A stretch of DNA of 64,000 bases from Ruditapes philippinarum (lineage: Eukaryota): contig NW_026862663.1 of the NCBI RefSeq assembly GCF_026571515.1, positions 496,001 through 560,000 of the forward strand, in the 5' to 3' direction. This document shows, in pieces, positions 14,362-27,479 of the stretch. Positions within the stretch are counted from its first letter, which is position 1. Every line of letters begins with the position of its first letter. The notes below the pieces were generated by a model. It was not told the DNA's origin and did no database searches. It saw nothing but the letters and a program-made list of their open reading frames with translations. Made by a program: the position numbers and the translations under genes.

Positions 14362-15341
14362 GGAAAATTAATGACCAGCCGATGTTCGTTTTTAATTTGT
14401 CATCTTTGACGTCATCCGAGAAAATAATCAGCGCAGAAATCCATCTTTATAAACGAAAGAAGGAGAAATACAACAAAAAGTCCGAGTTCGAATTACTCTT
14501 GCACGAAATAACTTCTCATGTCACAACAGAGCGCGGGAAAATCGTTCTGAAAGCAGAAACATTTGGTTGGCAATGGTTTGATGTAACTGATACACTGATC
14601 AACTGTCTTGTTCATCAAAGAGATTTGTCACATTCTCTTGGATTAAATTTTAAAATAGTAAAACCTCACGGTGAATCTTTTATCAATTTAAAACGATTCA
14701 TGCATCATCATTCAGTGCCATATTTAATCATATATTCGAATGATTCCCAGCATGTGGATTTGGAGGAGTTTGATAAACTATCTAACGCCAAAGAAGTTAT
14801 ACCATCAAACGTTAATTCTAAAGTTGATATTGTATTACCAGAAAGAACTAAAAGAAATAAAAGAAGTCTCAGTGATAATTCAGCGGATTTGCCAATCTAT
14901 AACTCACGTGCAAGGTCGTTGTCAATTCTAACAAATGAAATTCCCGAAGATCCAGCGGATTATGATCGCCCATATCCAGTCAACGTCAAGAACATTCAAA
15001 CACATCCGGGCATGTTACAAACACGGAAAGAATCACGCCATCGACTTACTGACCCAGGTTTGATACCTTACCCAGGCGAATACCATGATCGAAGCAAGAA
15101 AAGGTGGAGAAATAAGAAAAAGAAAAATAAGAAAAGTCGCCGGCGTAAGAATCATCTGGAATTGCCAAAGGAATGGGAAGATCTGCAAAAAATGGCGGAA
15201 GATGAAAAATCTGACAATTTATGTAGCAAGAAAAAACTTATAGTTGACTTTAATGATATTGGATGGGGAGAGTGGATAATTTCACCCAAATCTTTTAAAG
15301 CACATTATTGCTCTGGAGTTTGTACATTCCCTCTAACAAAG
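14362..15341 (+). CDS. BMP3: BMP3/GDF10-class ligand, coding exon 2 (prodomain, furin sites, start of cystine-knot domain)
   Basis: Acceptor ttttctgttgcAG|GG at 14361/14362 (phase 1, completes Gly); [23 protein letters not shown]; RTKRNKR furin sites; [37 protein letters not shown] resembles the BMP3 signature WIISPKSF; donor AAG|GTAGGT after 15341 (phase 0). Confidence 0.96.
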
Positions 15342-17318
15342 GTAGGTCATCTGATTTTTATATACCTAGCTCTGTTTACTATTTATAGAACTGTACTTAT
15401 CTTAAGTGTACCAAATACATTTGTTGAGTGATTAAAAGATGCGAGGAACGCCAAATTCAACAGAATGGATGTTCTTCCTAAACATGTCACAAAAGAGTAG
15501 CAAATTTCTTGTGTTACCTTTGATTAGCATTCAAATTTACCATTTTCAGCTTTTCTGTCACGGTTATTAACAAGAACTGTATGTGGCGTGCGGCGGGATA
15601 AAATAACGCACCCGTTCTTTTTGTACCATTGCTCTTATCAGATCTTCAATTGGTTTTTAATCTTTGACACTACCAATTATTTTTCCTGGTCAGTGAACAG
15701 CCAATCACTTTCCTTCTGTCAAATAACTTTACACCCTGTAATCATCTTAACATCTTCTAGTTCCTAACTTTTTAAAGGCGCATTGTATATGAAATATCAC
15801 ATGTCTCAGCAATAGAATCAACAACATAAATATAACAAAACAGATTGCCGCGTAAAATGAACCCCCTCATTTGACAATTTGACATTCAATAGTCTTGTCT
15901 TAGGTTATTAATATAACTTTAATTACTACAGCTTAAACTTGTTTACCCTAAGTTTGTTTAAGGTGTCACATTTTAATGAGGACTCTATAAATATAGAATT
16001 TCTGTGTTTTAGACCTAGGCGAGGTGAACAGCTCTGTGGAAGTTCTCATTATTGTCACTCACTGTCCTATCCGTTTCATTTTCTATTATATTCAATATGA
16101 TTTAAAACCATTTTATGTCACAGACAATTCATTTTCCTGTGCAATTACTTATAGCTGATTAAACCCACAGGTTTCCATTCAAATGTATGTCTATCAAAAA
16201 CATTTGGTTTAACGTATAAAACGCTGTTTCTTTCTTGTGGAAAAGGGGTTTCAATTTAGTTCGTATTAAATACAAAATTTGAATTGAGTTTTCCTTTAAA
16301 AATGTTCATTGTTGTAAATTAATCTTCAGGCGCCCGATGGATATCATGCAAGTAAAAATATCCCTGATATATTGAGGGCATAAAAAGATCTAATACGTGG
16401 TTATGTGGTTTTTCTTTAATAACACGAAGCGAGCAGTAAGGTCGGTTGTAAAGTTTTATCGTACTGTCGAGGTCCTTTGACGCCATGCTTTCCGTGTTGT
16501 TTATTGTAAACACATGTAACTCGCGTCATGAAAGAAATGCCTTTCATGGCTTTAATACATACCTATAGACATTTAGGTGCTATTTTGATATTGTTGACTT
16601 ACATGAGTTAAGTACTAGATATGATATGACTATATTGTCTTATTTTAGTACTGTATTTTTAAAAGCAACTTATATTTCTATAAAAAAAAAATAGTTGGGT
16701 TTGACACATATTTGCTGAGTGAAATGTACTATAGTCTATTTTACAAGTCAACGGATTTCTAAAAGCACACAAAGAATTTATATTCAATGCTCAATGGTAA
16801 CATTTTAAGTTTCTTTTCACAACTTAACTTTGCAAACACATATGCAGCAAAGACTTTTTATCATAACTATCATTGCAAAAGAACTTGAGAAGTCACATGA
16901 CTTAATCTTTTTCAAGAAATAAAAGTTATGACGATGTCACAAGTAACTATTTTACTAATGTCATGAAATTTAATCATTAAACATTTATTCAGTTCACTCG
17001 GTATCATTTGTATAAAACGGACTGTTTGTTTAATTTATTTGCTTGTTACAGTTAGATTATGTCAAATGAGATTTTGATCAAAGAGTTTAGTGAAACTTGT
17101 TTTCTTTTATCGCACTATTTGACCCCAAATTTACGAGCAATTTTCATTCATGAATTTGAAAGTTTCGTTTGTTTACGATTTGAACGCTTCATTAGTATTT
17201 TAGTTTTCGTTTATTCAAGCACTTTTCTGTCAACATATTAGTTTAAGTGAAGATGGCTATCTATAACATTATACAGATTAGAAAACAAATAATCAGACTT
17301 CTAGTATTTTATAAGTTT

Positions 17319-17439
17319 AAGCCGGTGCTAAGGGGCGTGGACGGTAACTTGCACTTTCCAGTGCCGTCCATGAACAGGCTCAGTCAAACCGAGCCTTCTA
17401 TATTTTCAATAACGCCGTGTTTGGCTTTCTTACGGATTC
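17319..17439 (+). repeat. Dispersed ~120-bp double-hairpin repeat, copy B (BMP3 intron 2)
   Basis: High identity to 11005-11126 over the first ~85 bp. Confidence 0.85.
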
Positions 17440-18388
17440 TGTTTTTTTTTCTATTTTGTTGTGACTTTTTTGTAAATGAACCATAATCATTGATATTTTG
17501 GTGGTAAACACACCAAACTATATGATTGTTGAAAACTCTTTTAAGTATCAAACTAATATTATATTTATTCAATGATATAAGTAATCAGGCAAAATCGTGA
17601 AAATTTATAAATATATATACTAAAAAATAAACCAAATAAGCTTGAATCCTACAGAATTAAGATTGTTAAAGTCGACTTGTATGACTTCTCAGCAGGAATC
17701 TTATTTAGAGTTTAATAGAGTTTAATGGAGTGACAAGATTAACTTGTTTCGCTAAGTTACCTAGATTGCTTTTTCGTGTTATATTATTGAACAAGTATAA
17801 AACGGATCTTTAGCTAAGTATGGAACACTATTTGATTTTAAAGCTATTTGTTGATTTCGTAAATAATTTTTCACTCTGAATATAGTAGAAACAAATAAAA
17901 ACTCTTTTTTAAATATTAGTACGATTTGTAGTTTGCGTTTCCGATTGATATTTCATTACGTCTATAATCAAGTAAAAGCTCATGGATTCTTTTCTTGGTT
18001 AAAAGTAATTAGGTTTTCAATCAATAAACTCTAGTCAATTGGTAATTACTGACATCTAGGAAAACTTATAAGACTGAATATCTTGTTGTGTGTTAGAAGA
18101 ATGAAATTAGTATAATGATAGTTCAATGTCTAAGATGAAACGATTTTTGGGTGGATGAAATGGAATAGTGAAAATTGTATAATGAATACTTTGTTATATG
18201 ATTTTGTAAAAATGTCACATTTGTTTATAAATCAAAATTGACAATATTGCCTTGAGAAAAAAATCTAATTTCAAATCTTTTCATTTCGAGAAAGAATATA
18301 TTACGAATTCTCTATTTTCTTGTAGGTCTTTACGTTATCATGACAATTTTGAAACTAACATTTTGTGTTTTTTTTTAATCTATTACAG

Positions 18389-18580
18389 AAGATGCGACCT
18401 TCAAACCACGCAACAATTCAAAGTCTGGTTCATGCTGTAGGGATAGATGAAGATGTGCCGGCACCATGCTGTGTACCAGATAAACTCTCATCAATTACAT
18501 TGTTATATTTTGACGAAAATGGAAACGTTGTTCTCAAAAATTATCCCAATATGACAGTCCAGAAATGTGCTTGCAGATAG
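18389..18580 (+). CDS. BMP3: BMP3/GDF10-class ligand, coding exon 3 (C-terminal mature domain)
   Basis: Poly-T tract + tacAG|AAG at 18388/18389 (phase 0); [56 protein letters not shown]-stop. PSNHATIQS and YPNMTV..CACR are BMP3/GDF10 hallmarks; 7 conserved cysteines across exons 2-3. Confidence 0.96.
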   Translation, partial: KMRPSNHATIQSLVHAVGIDEDVPAPCCVPDKLSSITLLYFDENGNVVLKNYPNMTVQKCACR

Positions 18581-20907
18581 TTTCACAGAAGAAGGTTTTA
18601 GATACAAATTTTGGAATTGTTCTAATTTTTTCTGTGGCAGCAATGAGGTCGTATAGTGAAAAATGAACCCTCTCATTGAATGATAAGGTCGTGTAGTGAC
18701 AAAAACCTCTTGTCATATGTGTATGTTGTGACTTCCAATTAAAGCCAACTACCGACATAAAATACAAATCCGAAGTTGTGCGGATACCGAATTATAAATC
18801 TCAGAGTTAGTCTACTCAGGGATCTTATTGATATCAGACCTTCAAAAAGACATATTAAGGTTCTGATAGTCGATACATTATTCAAAGACAAAATCGATCC
18901 TTTTTTGTGGATTCAAGCGATCGTACTTAAAGAGGAAACAACAGTACTTGTACCATGTGTGTTTAAGAAACTATGTGAAACTATATTAATATGCGAGCAA
19001 ATGGATATGATGCACAGAGCAGGTAGTGGTACGATTTTCTAGCTAGCATATCTCGTGAGATGTGTTTAAAACATTGTGTAACATGTTCTTTGACGAAGCA
19101 TTTGCTGAATTTTCAAATGGCATATGGAAGATAATATGTAGTTTATATGTAAAGTTTTCTCCAATATGGAGTGCATAGTAAATAATAATAATAGATGCAA
19201 TCGTAATGTTCAATCTTTGAGAACTATTACATACATGTATAGATGTTGTTGTTTGTAACCTGTTTATCTATCAAGTATTCAATGTTCCAGAATAACGTTG
19301 ATTGTTTTACCAAGACATTAAGATAATAAAGAAATTAAAAAGATAATTGTTAAAATTGCAATACTATATATGTATGTACTATATTTTGCCCAGAACATTT
19401 AGACGTCAAACTAACAAACAAAAGTCTATATAATTATATAGCTAATAAAATGAGCTATGCATATACTTTAATTACGTCTACAAATATGTGATATTGTTCC
19501 AATTTTTGAACGGTTGTTACCTTGGATAAACCCTCATTTTTATTTTGTTTAAAGCAACTGTCATCAAAATATAAAATCCTATTTAATTTATAGAATTATT
19601 TTACGGTATAAGGTCTTACAGACTTCATGTTCGGATAGGATTTCGGGGAGAATTATAGTTAATCAATGTATGGGATTCATCTAATATTTTATTCTTTTGA
19701 TAGGATGAGTTAATTTGTAAGAATGATTAAGTTAAATCGTGATCATGTTTTACAGGTATTTAGGAGTTCATGTATTTTTTTCAACGTTTTTAGTGTTTGT
19801 TTTTTTTTATAATGTTTTGAATAATGTTGTGTAATACTATCTACCTCAGACTCAAAACGTGAATTACGTGAAAAACGTGAAATATCAGCCTGCATACTAG
19901 GGCTTCTGAAACCTATTTATGCAGACCATTCAGCTCGTAAAGTATGTGCTGTAATTTCTGTCTACACTAACTTGTTTTTAATTTTTATCTAATTTTCCCC
20001 ACCAAGATATTAGCTATTATTTATGTATACAAATCATTATATCAATGAATATTATATCAATGAATAAAAAGTAGGAATTTCTAAATAAGCTAAGCTTTAA
20101 CAATATTTTGAATTGTTTAGAAAAAATTCTTTCTCTCAGGGCATCTCTCATATCCATCCGATATCAACATTAAATTATCATATATTATTTAATAAACGTC
20201 ATATCCAAATTGCAGAAAACATTATATATTTGTAGTATTGTATAGAATTTTTAAGATACATATGTCTCTAAAGCAAAGGTGTGTGTAAAAAAATACTGGC
20301 TCTGTAAAGAAATCAGATTTTAATTTTAGAATTCATCAAGAAAAAAAGATAAAAAGATATTATGTGCAACTATTGTGTCGAATTCAAATCAAGTTAAGTT
20401 CATTCGCACTAACGTAAACATTTAGATTTTTTCTTTTCAAATTTGCAAAAATAAAATGACCTCGAGATAAGTGTTAAATATTTTAGAATTTTAAACAAAT
20501 TGACTCTACGGACAATAACAACATTTGACCATTTGTTTTTATAAGTTATTCAAATACACCTATCAACATGTAGTGTTTGAACAATATAATGTACTGTTTT
20601 TAAAGCAATAATTCAGATATGATTTTAATAAAATTGTAACCTAAATATTTCACCAGCAAGTGCTGATACATATTTATTCAGATGCTTGTTTTCTTTTATC
20701 TCTTTTAACAATAAGGAATCAACTGGGAATCATTTTGTATGCAATCTAACATACATCAAATTAACACAATTATATACTGTTATTTTTTTCTTTCTTCATT
20801 TATTTTGTTTGCATTGTTACTACCTTGAAGCCAGTTTTACATGTTTATTTTTTTTGCATTAAAGACATTATTGATTTTTATCTAATACATTGTAATTTTA
20901 TGCTATT

Positions 20908-20913
20908 AATAAA
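20908..20913 (+). terminator. Candidate polyadenylation signal of the BMP3-like gene
   Basis: AATAAA with upstream TGTA (20891) and a downstream GT/T-rich tract (20931-20951). Other AATAAA hexamers exist at ~19325, ~19444 and ~20063, so the choice is uncertain. Confidence 0.4.
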
Positions 20914-21077
20914 ACATGTCTAGATTTGAATGTTGTTATTTACTTGTATTTCAATACTATTTTATGTGTCTATATATAAATCCCTAAACACATTTCCTAA
21001 AAGGTCAAAACCTCATTTTCAAGGAAAGAAACTTAAAAAAAGAACCCATTTGTTTTCATCAATTTAATTTTCTGTAA

Positions 21078-21406
21078 AGCAGCCTGCCTCCAGATTGATG
21101 CTAATTTTCATGATTTTTTTAATTGAATTAAAAAGTAAAACATTGTCAGGTGAACAAAAGAGGTCATTTAAGCATTTCAAACAGAAATCTAAATCTACGA
21201 AAACAACCAAAAATAGATCAGAATATAAAAAATAGCCCTTACTGCGTAAATCACACATTAAAAATATGGTCATAAATACTGCAAAATCAGTCATTAGTCC
21301 CATACAAAATGTTAATCATTTCTTGAATTGTGAATACTTTTACTTTTCTTGAAATCTTCGTGAAGATTTTCTTGAAATATCTATGCTCATCTGGAGGCAT
21401 GCAGCT
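21078..21406. mobile_element. Kolobok-like non-autonomous DNA transposon (MITE)
   Basis: TIRs AGCAGCCTGCCTCCAGAT / ATCTGGAGGCATGCAGCT (2 mismatches); flanked by GTAA and TTAA (degenerate TTAA TSD); AG..CT termini. Confidence 0.7.
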
Positions 21407-24400
21407 TTAATCATGCAATGTTTAAGAAAAAGAAAGTTACTTTGAATTTAAAATTTCTTTTCTGCCTATGTGCGAAAGCAGTTTACAGTAACTGATAAAA
21501 ATCGTTGTTTCTGTTTATTGTAGTTATGATGATACAATTTTAAAAGCATCGTTTGATAATGAATAAATAAATAACTAAATTCAAACACTAACACCTCACC
21601 TTTCGGCTTCTAAATAAAATTGGGCAGCGGCGTTACTCTACTCTGATGCCTGGAAGAATGGACGGACACTAAGTAAAATAAAACAATCAATTCGAGATAT
21701 ATAGCATATAAGTGAAATTATGGAATATAAAAAAAAATACAATTGATTCAACTGATGGCTTTCATTTTGATTAGACAATAAAATTTTTTTTTATCTCGTT
21801 TCGCTTATTATCCTTCTAGATATGGAACATACTTTTTCTTGCAGGTAGATATAAGTCATACAACAGTATTCAAAAGTCTATATATGACCACTGCATGAAC
21901 ATATCTGATGAAACTGCATTTCAAAATTGTATACAAATTGCGGAAGTAAAAAAGATAACAAAATTTGTTTTTGTACTGGGGTTTTTCTTGGAAGTCTTAA
22001 TGATTAAAACCAGATCCCCAAGCAGGAGTAAGCACAAAGCTTGCTGGCTTTTTAAAAAAATTTAAATTGCCCCATTGACTAAAATTATTCCCTAAAAAAA
22101 CCCTAGTGGTAGAAAACCTTGGTTTAAAAATCTACGCTTGTTTGAAGTGATTTTAAAACATAAATCGTACCTATCATCCGTGCATGACAGTAATTTGAAG
22201 TTGGGGGTTCAGAAAATTGTAACGTCTTAAGAAGTTTTTCTATCAAGTGCTATTGACTCGCGATTAACGTCGAAGAATGGTCGCCAGTAAAGGGCTTTAA
22301 CAAACGATACAAAATAAATTTCGCTTTGCTTCGTGTTTGTTTTCCACTCGAAATATCATTGAGAAAATCCTATTTCAAAACTTTAATTTTCTAGGTTTTT
22401 TATTAATATCCTGTGAGGGTTCCTACAGTATTTATTTAGTACCTTATATTTATCAACAATGATTTACAGGGTTACTCCGTGAAATGAAAACATCTGGGCT
22501 CTACACATGAACCAAATAGTTCTGGCACAATTCGAAGAAATGGCACAAATGTAACATGTAACAAAATAATACAGTACAAACACATATATAAAAAACAGCA
22601 AACACAAATAAAAAAAAGCTTAAAAATAGCTTAGAAAAAAGAAATATCTGACAAATACTAGTTTAGAAAAAAAAGCAACAAAGCAAAACAAAAAAGCTAA
22701 CAAAAGGCGAACAAAAAGCTTAGTTTTACGTCATTTCATTTTTGTGTGGTTAATAATGAACATTCAGACATATTTTACGGGATAATTTCATCACATCATG
22801 TCATCTCATAGTTTGACTGGTTACAATGATATCAGGCAATACGTTTCGGCGCGAAGTAATCGATTTTATTAATCAAAGAAAAATTGATTCGTCATTGTAT
22901 AATTCATTGTTTATTTGCGTTTTAATTGGACATAATTTTGGCAAATGATGAGGCCTCAATTGTCGCCATGACAGTTGACTTCCCTGCGGCGGAAATAAGA
23001 ATCCCCTTACATTCATCATGACGTCACGCGCTTTAAGGTAGAAAATCGAACAAATGTATTTCCATGTTATCACAATTGTCGGTACCTTGATTATTTGACA
23101 TATTTGACAGTTGATCATAATCGACCCGAGCAATAACAATTTTAATGTTTAAGTTATGTTTGATGTTAAAGCATTATTTCGTTGCATTAATTCGTTTATG
23201 TCAATATCAATATTATGTCGTTAGACACACGAACAGCTAGAATAAGAAATATATATGCACATTTTGTCAACTGTACGACTACATTGACTATCGCTATAAA
23301 CGTCAAATTATAAGCATTAATTCTGCAAGAAGATGTTCCAGTAAAATTCGTGTATACAATAACATGAAATCTTACAAGGTACATGTAATGTGTTGCTTTC
23401 ACTTTTATCTATGGTCCATCATATTAAATTATGCGCTATCACGTCAGTCTTACCATTGGCACTTTGATTAGTAGAATTCACATTTATATACGAATGTAAC
23501 GATTTAAAAATGACTACATTCTAAGAACTTTATGACATATATACAAAAACCGATGGTGACTTTATGACATTATCAGAATCCCCTCCATCAATATCTATTT
23601 GGAATGTGATTTATACCCCAAGTGAAGGAACAACAACATACCCTAACGAAAAACAAGATAGATAATCAATTCACAATTAAGATTAAAAAGGTGAAGCAGC
23701 AGTTCGTTCTCGTTCTTGTTAAGAAAAAATAACAGTGTTTTATGTTAAATCGAAATGAATCTTTGAAAATAATATGTTCTCAAAAATGTTTTTAAAAAGT
23801 ATGAATAACAACATAAAGTTGTGCATGTGTTTCCTCATTTAATAACAAAAAGATAAAAATATACAAGACAATCTCAACTACTAGTAATAAAAATATATTT
23901 GTCTTAAAGAGTTATTTATTTTATATATGCTATTAATTGTCTTTACTCGCAAAACAGTAGACGTAGAGCTTTGAAAACCTCTTCGAATTTTGACTACTCT
24001 GTCGATGTTTTTGATTCTATTGAAAGGACTTTGAACAAATATATCATTTTAGACATAAACCAAAGGGATTTTCGGTCTTTTCATTCGAAACAAACGAACA
24101 AATTGAAAGAAATTCAAACTGAAAAACTCTTGGATATTTGCCCTAGAATGAATGGCAGATTCAAAGTGATTATTGTTTAAAAATAATATAAGTGCCATAC
24201 GAGTTCATCAAAATAGTGCAACGGAAATTGAAAATGTTTTTGCATCTAATGTGATTAATATTGCTAAATTACTTTCTCCTTTTTACACAACCACAAAAAT
24301 AGCAACGCGAACCTTTCAAAGTGTTATTTTCTATTTCCCAACTCATAAAAGTATGTTTTAATCACCTGACAGGGGTTGTGCAATCAGCAACATTTAAAAG

Positions 24401-24564
24401 TATAAAAGTATATATTTTCACATACAACTTACAGTAGTTTCCATAAACGTGTTATATAAATGCATCTTCTGAATCAAGGTCACACGAAAGTGATATATTG
24501 CTGTCGAAAAAACGAAGAAAAGTATTAAAAACTTCTACATATTGGTGATATATGTTTCACGCAA

Positions 24565-24695
24565 ACATTAAAGAAATATTTAGGAGACACACGTACTCTG
24601 TGTCAATAAAATAAACACTTCTAAAACTATTATATACAACACATATATTACCTAATATGTACACGTGTAAAGAAATTCACATAAATGGAAATAAA
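24565..24695 (+). repeat. Diverged ~130-bp direct duplication, partner at 26231-26363
   Basis: Shared blocks AGGAGACA..., TGTGT.AATAAAATAAA, ACCTAATATGTACA and ACATAAATGGAAAT in the same order and spacing. Confidence 0.75.
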
Positions 24696-26101
24696 TGAAA
24701 ATAGGTAATGCAAAGTTAATGTATGTTTTATTTCGGACAACGACAGCAGACTGCAGGCCGCCATCTTGAACAATCACTGACAACAGAGGCAGACTGCATC
24801 CATGCCTCTAGGTGATTCGGACTCATGCACGCGCCACTTTGACCACCAACAATTTCTCAAACATCACGAGAAGTGTTAAAAACCCTATAATTTCATGTGT
24901 ATTGACAAATATCTTGTAACCTCGACAAAGTATGGCGACTTTTTTGTCATTTTTTAGAAGTTGAGAAATTTGTTTTCATACAAATTGCAACAATGCTGCA
25001 AGTGTTCCTCCGAACATATCTAATTAATGTCAAAAATCTGTCCTAGCGGTATTGAAAGTTATTTTCTATAAGTTGATGTATTAATACTCGCAATTTTACT
25101 ATCTCTTTAGCTTTGTAAAATCTAATTACAACTTACGAAAAGGCCATTTATTTCAGATTATCTCTAAACATAAACCGCAAGCTTATTGCATGCATGGCTG
25201 TACACGATTTATAATTTAGTTTTAATTAGCTTTAACTATTATGAATTATATTTTGAAAGAGAATAAATGTAATAAATACGTTCATTTGTCAGAGATCAAA
25301 GTGCTAATGAATTTTTAAGCAATTAAGTCTATCTAGGGACGACATCTTGATATTTTTAGATGAGTTCAGTACGTGTAAGCTACAAAATTAACCCAAACTA
25401 ACGCACTGTTACGATTGTTTTTGAAAGTGAAATGATTTCAACATGTAATGTTTCGATCTAAAAGGAACAAGTAAAATTGTTAGACATACTAATACTGAGC
25501 TAGAAAATCATTTGAAGGTGGGTAAGTTTACAGCTTTGTGGTTACAAGATGATAAAATGTTATTATGTGAGCCAATAAATGCATGAAACGAATGATAATT
25601 TAGTCTTCTTTTTTCAAATTAACAAGCGACTCGATAGTGAAAGACATTCTTTGAAAAAGAGAAAAGAATGAAAACGTTTTCCTGGTCTTCTGGATCGTTC
25701 AATGCTACTGTTGTAGAAATTTCAGGAAAATTATACATTATTTGCATAGTAACCTTCGTTACATCATACATTACAGTTATTGAATAAATAACGTTTTATC
25801 ATACACGTTAAGCTGTCATCTCTTTATTTTCTGCCTCCTTATCATTCACGTTGAAACAATAAGCCCGAAGGAAAGATAATTAGCGAATAATTACAAGCAA
25901 TTTAGACACGGCCTGTGGCCAATGTCCATCAAAACTGTCTCTTATGAAGATCTATGTAAATAAGTTACGAAAATGACAGCATCATAATACTCTTTTTAGT
26001 TTGACATGCAAAGATTGAGACAGGTAGAGGGGAAACAACAAGAAAGCTACTACAGACATAGACTGCAGGAGTTGTACGATCATGTCTTGTATATTTTACC
26101 C

Positions 26102-26199
26102 AAATGTTACAAGCTTGGTTTGATTGAGCATGTCCATTGACGTACTGTACTGTACTGGTAAAAATGCAAGCCGCTGTTCACGCCCCCTAGCACCGGTTT
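26102..26199 (-). repeat. Double-hairpin repeat, diverged copy C
   Basis: Reverse complement reads AAACCGGTGCTAGGGGGCGTGAACAGCGGCTTGCATTTTT...GCTCAATCAAACCAAGC, homologous to copies A/B. Confidence 0.75.
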
Positions 26200-26473
26200 A
26201 AGCATAATTCAACAAATTGTTAATTAAGAAACATTAAGAATATATATTAAGGAGACAGACGAACTATGTGTAAATAAAATAAAACCTTCAAAAACTAAAT
26301 AAACAGTTCATATATCACCTAATATGTACAAATATATAGAAAATAACATAAATGGAAATTAAAAAAAGAGTGTTACGATTTTCTAAATAAATGATATATG
26401 TATAGATATAGCTCTGTTCGAAATATTATGTCTATAGATATACGCAAGAAAGAAAAAAAGTATTTATAAGATA

Positions 26474-26577
26474 GAGCCCTTGGAGAACGCGTAACGGGAC
26501 ATAATTGAACATGTTTTTTTTGTTTGATTGAGTCTGTTTATGGAAGATAGATACCATACACGCCCGCTAGCACCGGC
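26474..26577 (-). repeat. Double-hairpin repeat, diverged and internally deleted copy D
   Basis: Reverse complement reads GCCGGTGCTAGCGGGCGTGTATGGTATCT...TCCATAAACAGACTCAATCAAAC. Confidence 0.72.
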
Positions 26578-27254
26578 CAAAGCAGAACATTAAATTGTTT
26601 TATTTAGAATTTAAAGAGGAAATTTTATTGCAACTTGTCAGTCTTTTCAGTTCATAAAAGCAAAATATATTCGTACGTAGCAGGGTGAACAGTTACATAT
26701 TTTTTTTTGTATTTTCTTGCCGTAATGTTTCTCTACTGTTTGTAAAATCAATAGCAAGTTTTCGGCCCTTTCCGTCAATCATCAAATAAGGAAGAAAATG
26801 TTGCATTGTGACTGTTTATGGAATGCAGTGAATGTCTCTTCCCAGGTGCAAAATAGCTAAAAGAGGGGAAAACAGAATCCCTAAAGAAAGTCAAACTCGG
26901 CAAAATTGAAAATGTTGCATTGAGCCAGAGTTCATGGAAAGTACAAATGTAGTGGTATTGCAACCTTAGGCAGACTCAGCAGTCAAGTTTTATCAAGAAT
27001 TTAAGAATATCCCAAGAATAGTGGACTTCTGAGTTGCGGTCAACATTTTGAATTAATTCTAGGATAAAAGTCACATGTAATCAAGCATGTCTGGGAATGC
27101 ACGAAAAATGTCTGCTGCTTGCGTTCCAGCTACATTCCGAAGGTCAAGGGCACAGCTATATGTTACCAGCAATTTCGTGTCCGGTATGTCATTTGAACCG
27201 CTTAATATCTTGAAGAAAATGGGGTATATTGTTTAGCAAATATGTTGGTATGAC

Positions 27255-27429
27255 CATAGGCACTTGGTTTCGGGATAAAAAAGCCTTTTGAGAGGTTTGT
27301 AGAACGAATGTTACGAATTTTTAATTTAGATGTCTCGATTCTAACGTTTTAAAAAATCGTTACATTCAATCAAATTTGAGTTCTACAAACCTATCAAAAG
27401 GCTTTTTATCCTGAAACCAAGTGCCTATG
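27255..27429. mobile_element. Palindromic MITE with P-element-like ends
   Basis: ~50-bp TIRs CATAGGCACTTGGTTTC...GAAACCAAGTGCCTATG plus an inner imperfect inverted repeat; 8-bp TSD GGTATGAC/TGTATGAC (7/8). The CANRG terminus with a 7-8 bp TSD fits the P superfamily; hAT is not excluded. Confidence 0.82.
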
Positions 27430-27479
27430 TGTATGACGATCAGTTTGTAGGCCACTTTCTTTCTGTTCAGTAACACCCC

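Noticed and set aside
27087-27183. ATG-initiated segment ending at CCG|GTATGT as first exon of the hidden gene
   Set aside because: Contains AAGGTCAAGG.CACAG and TTCGTGTCCGG, typical of degenerate HINE units; more likely repeat-derived, although exonisation is not excluded.
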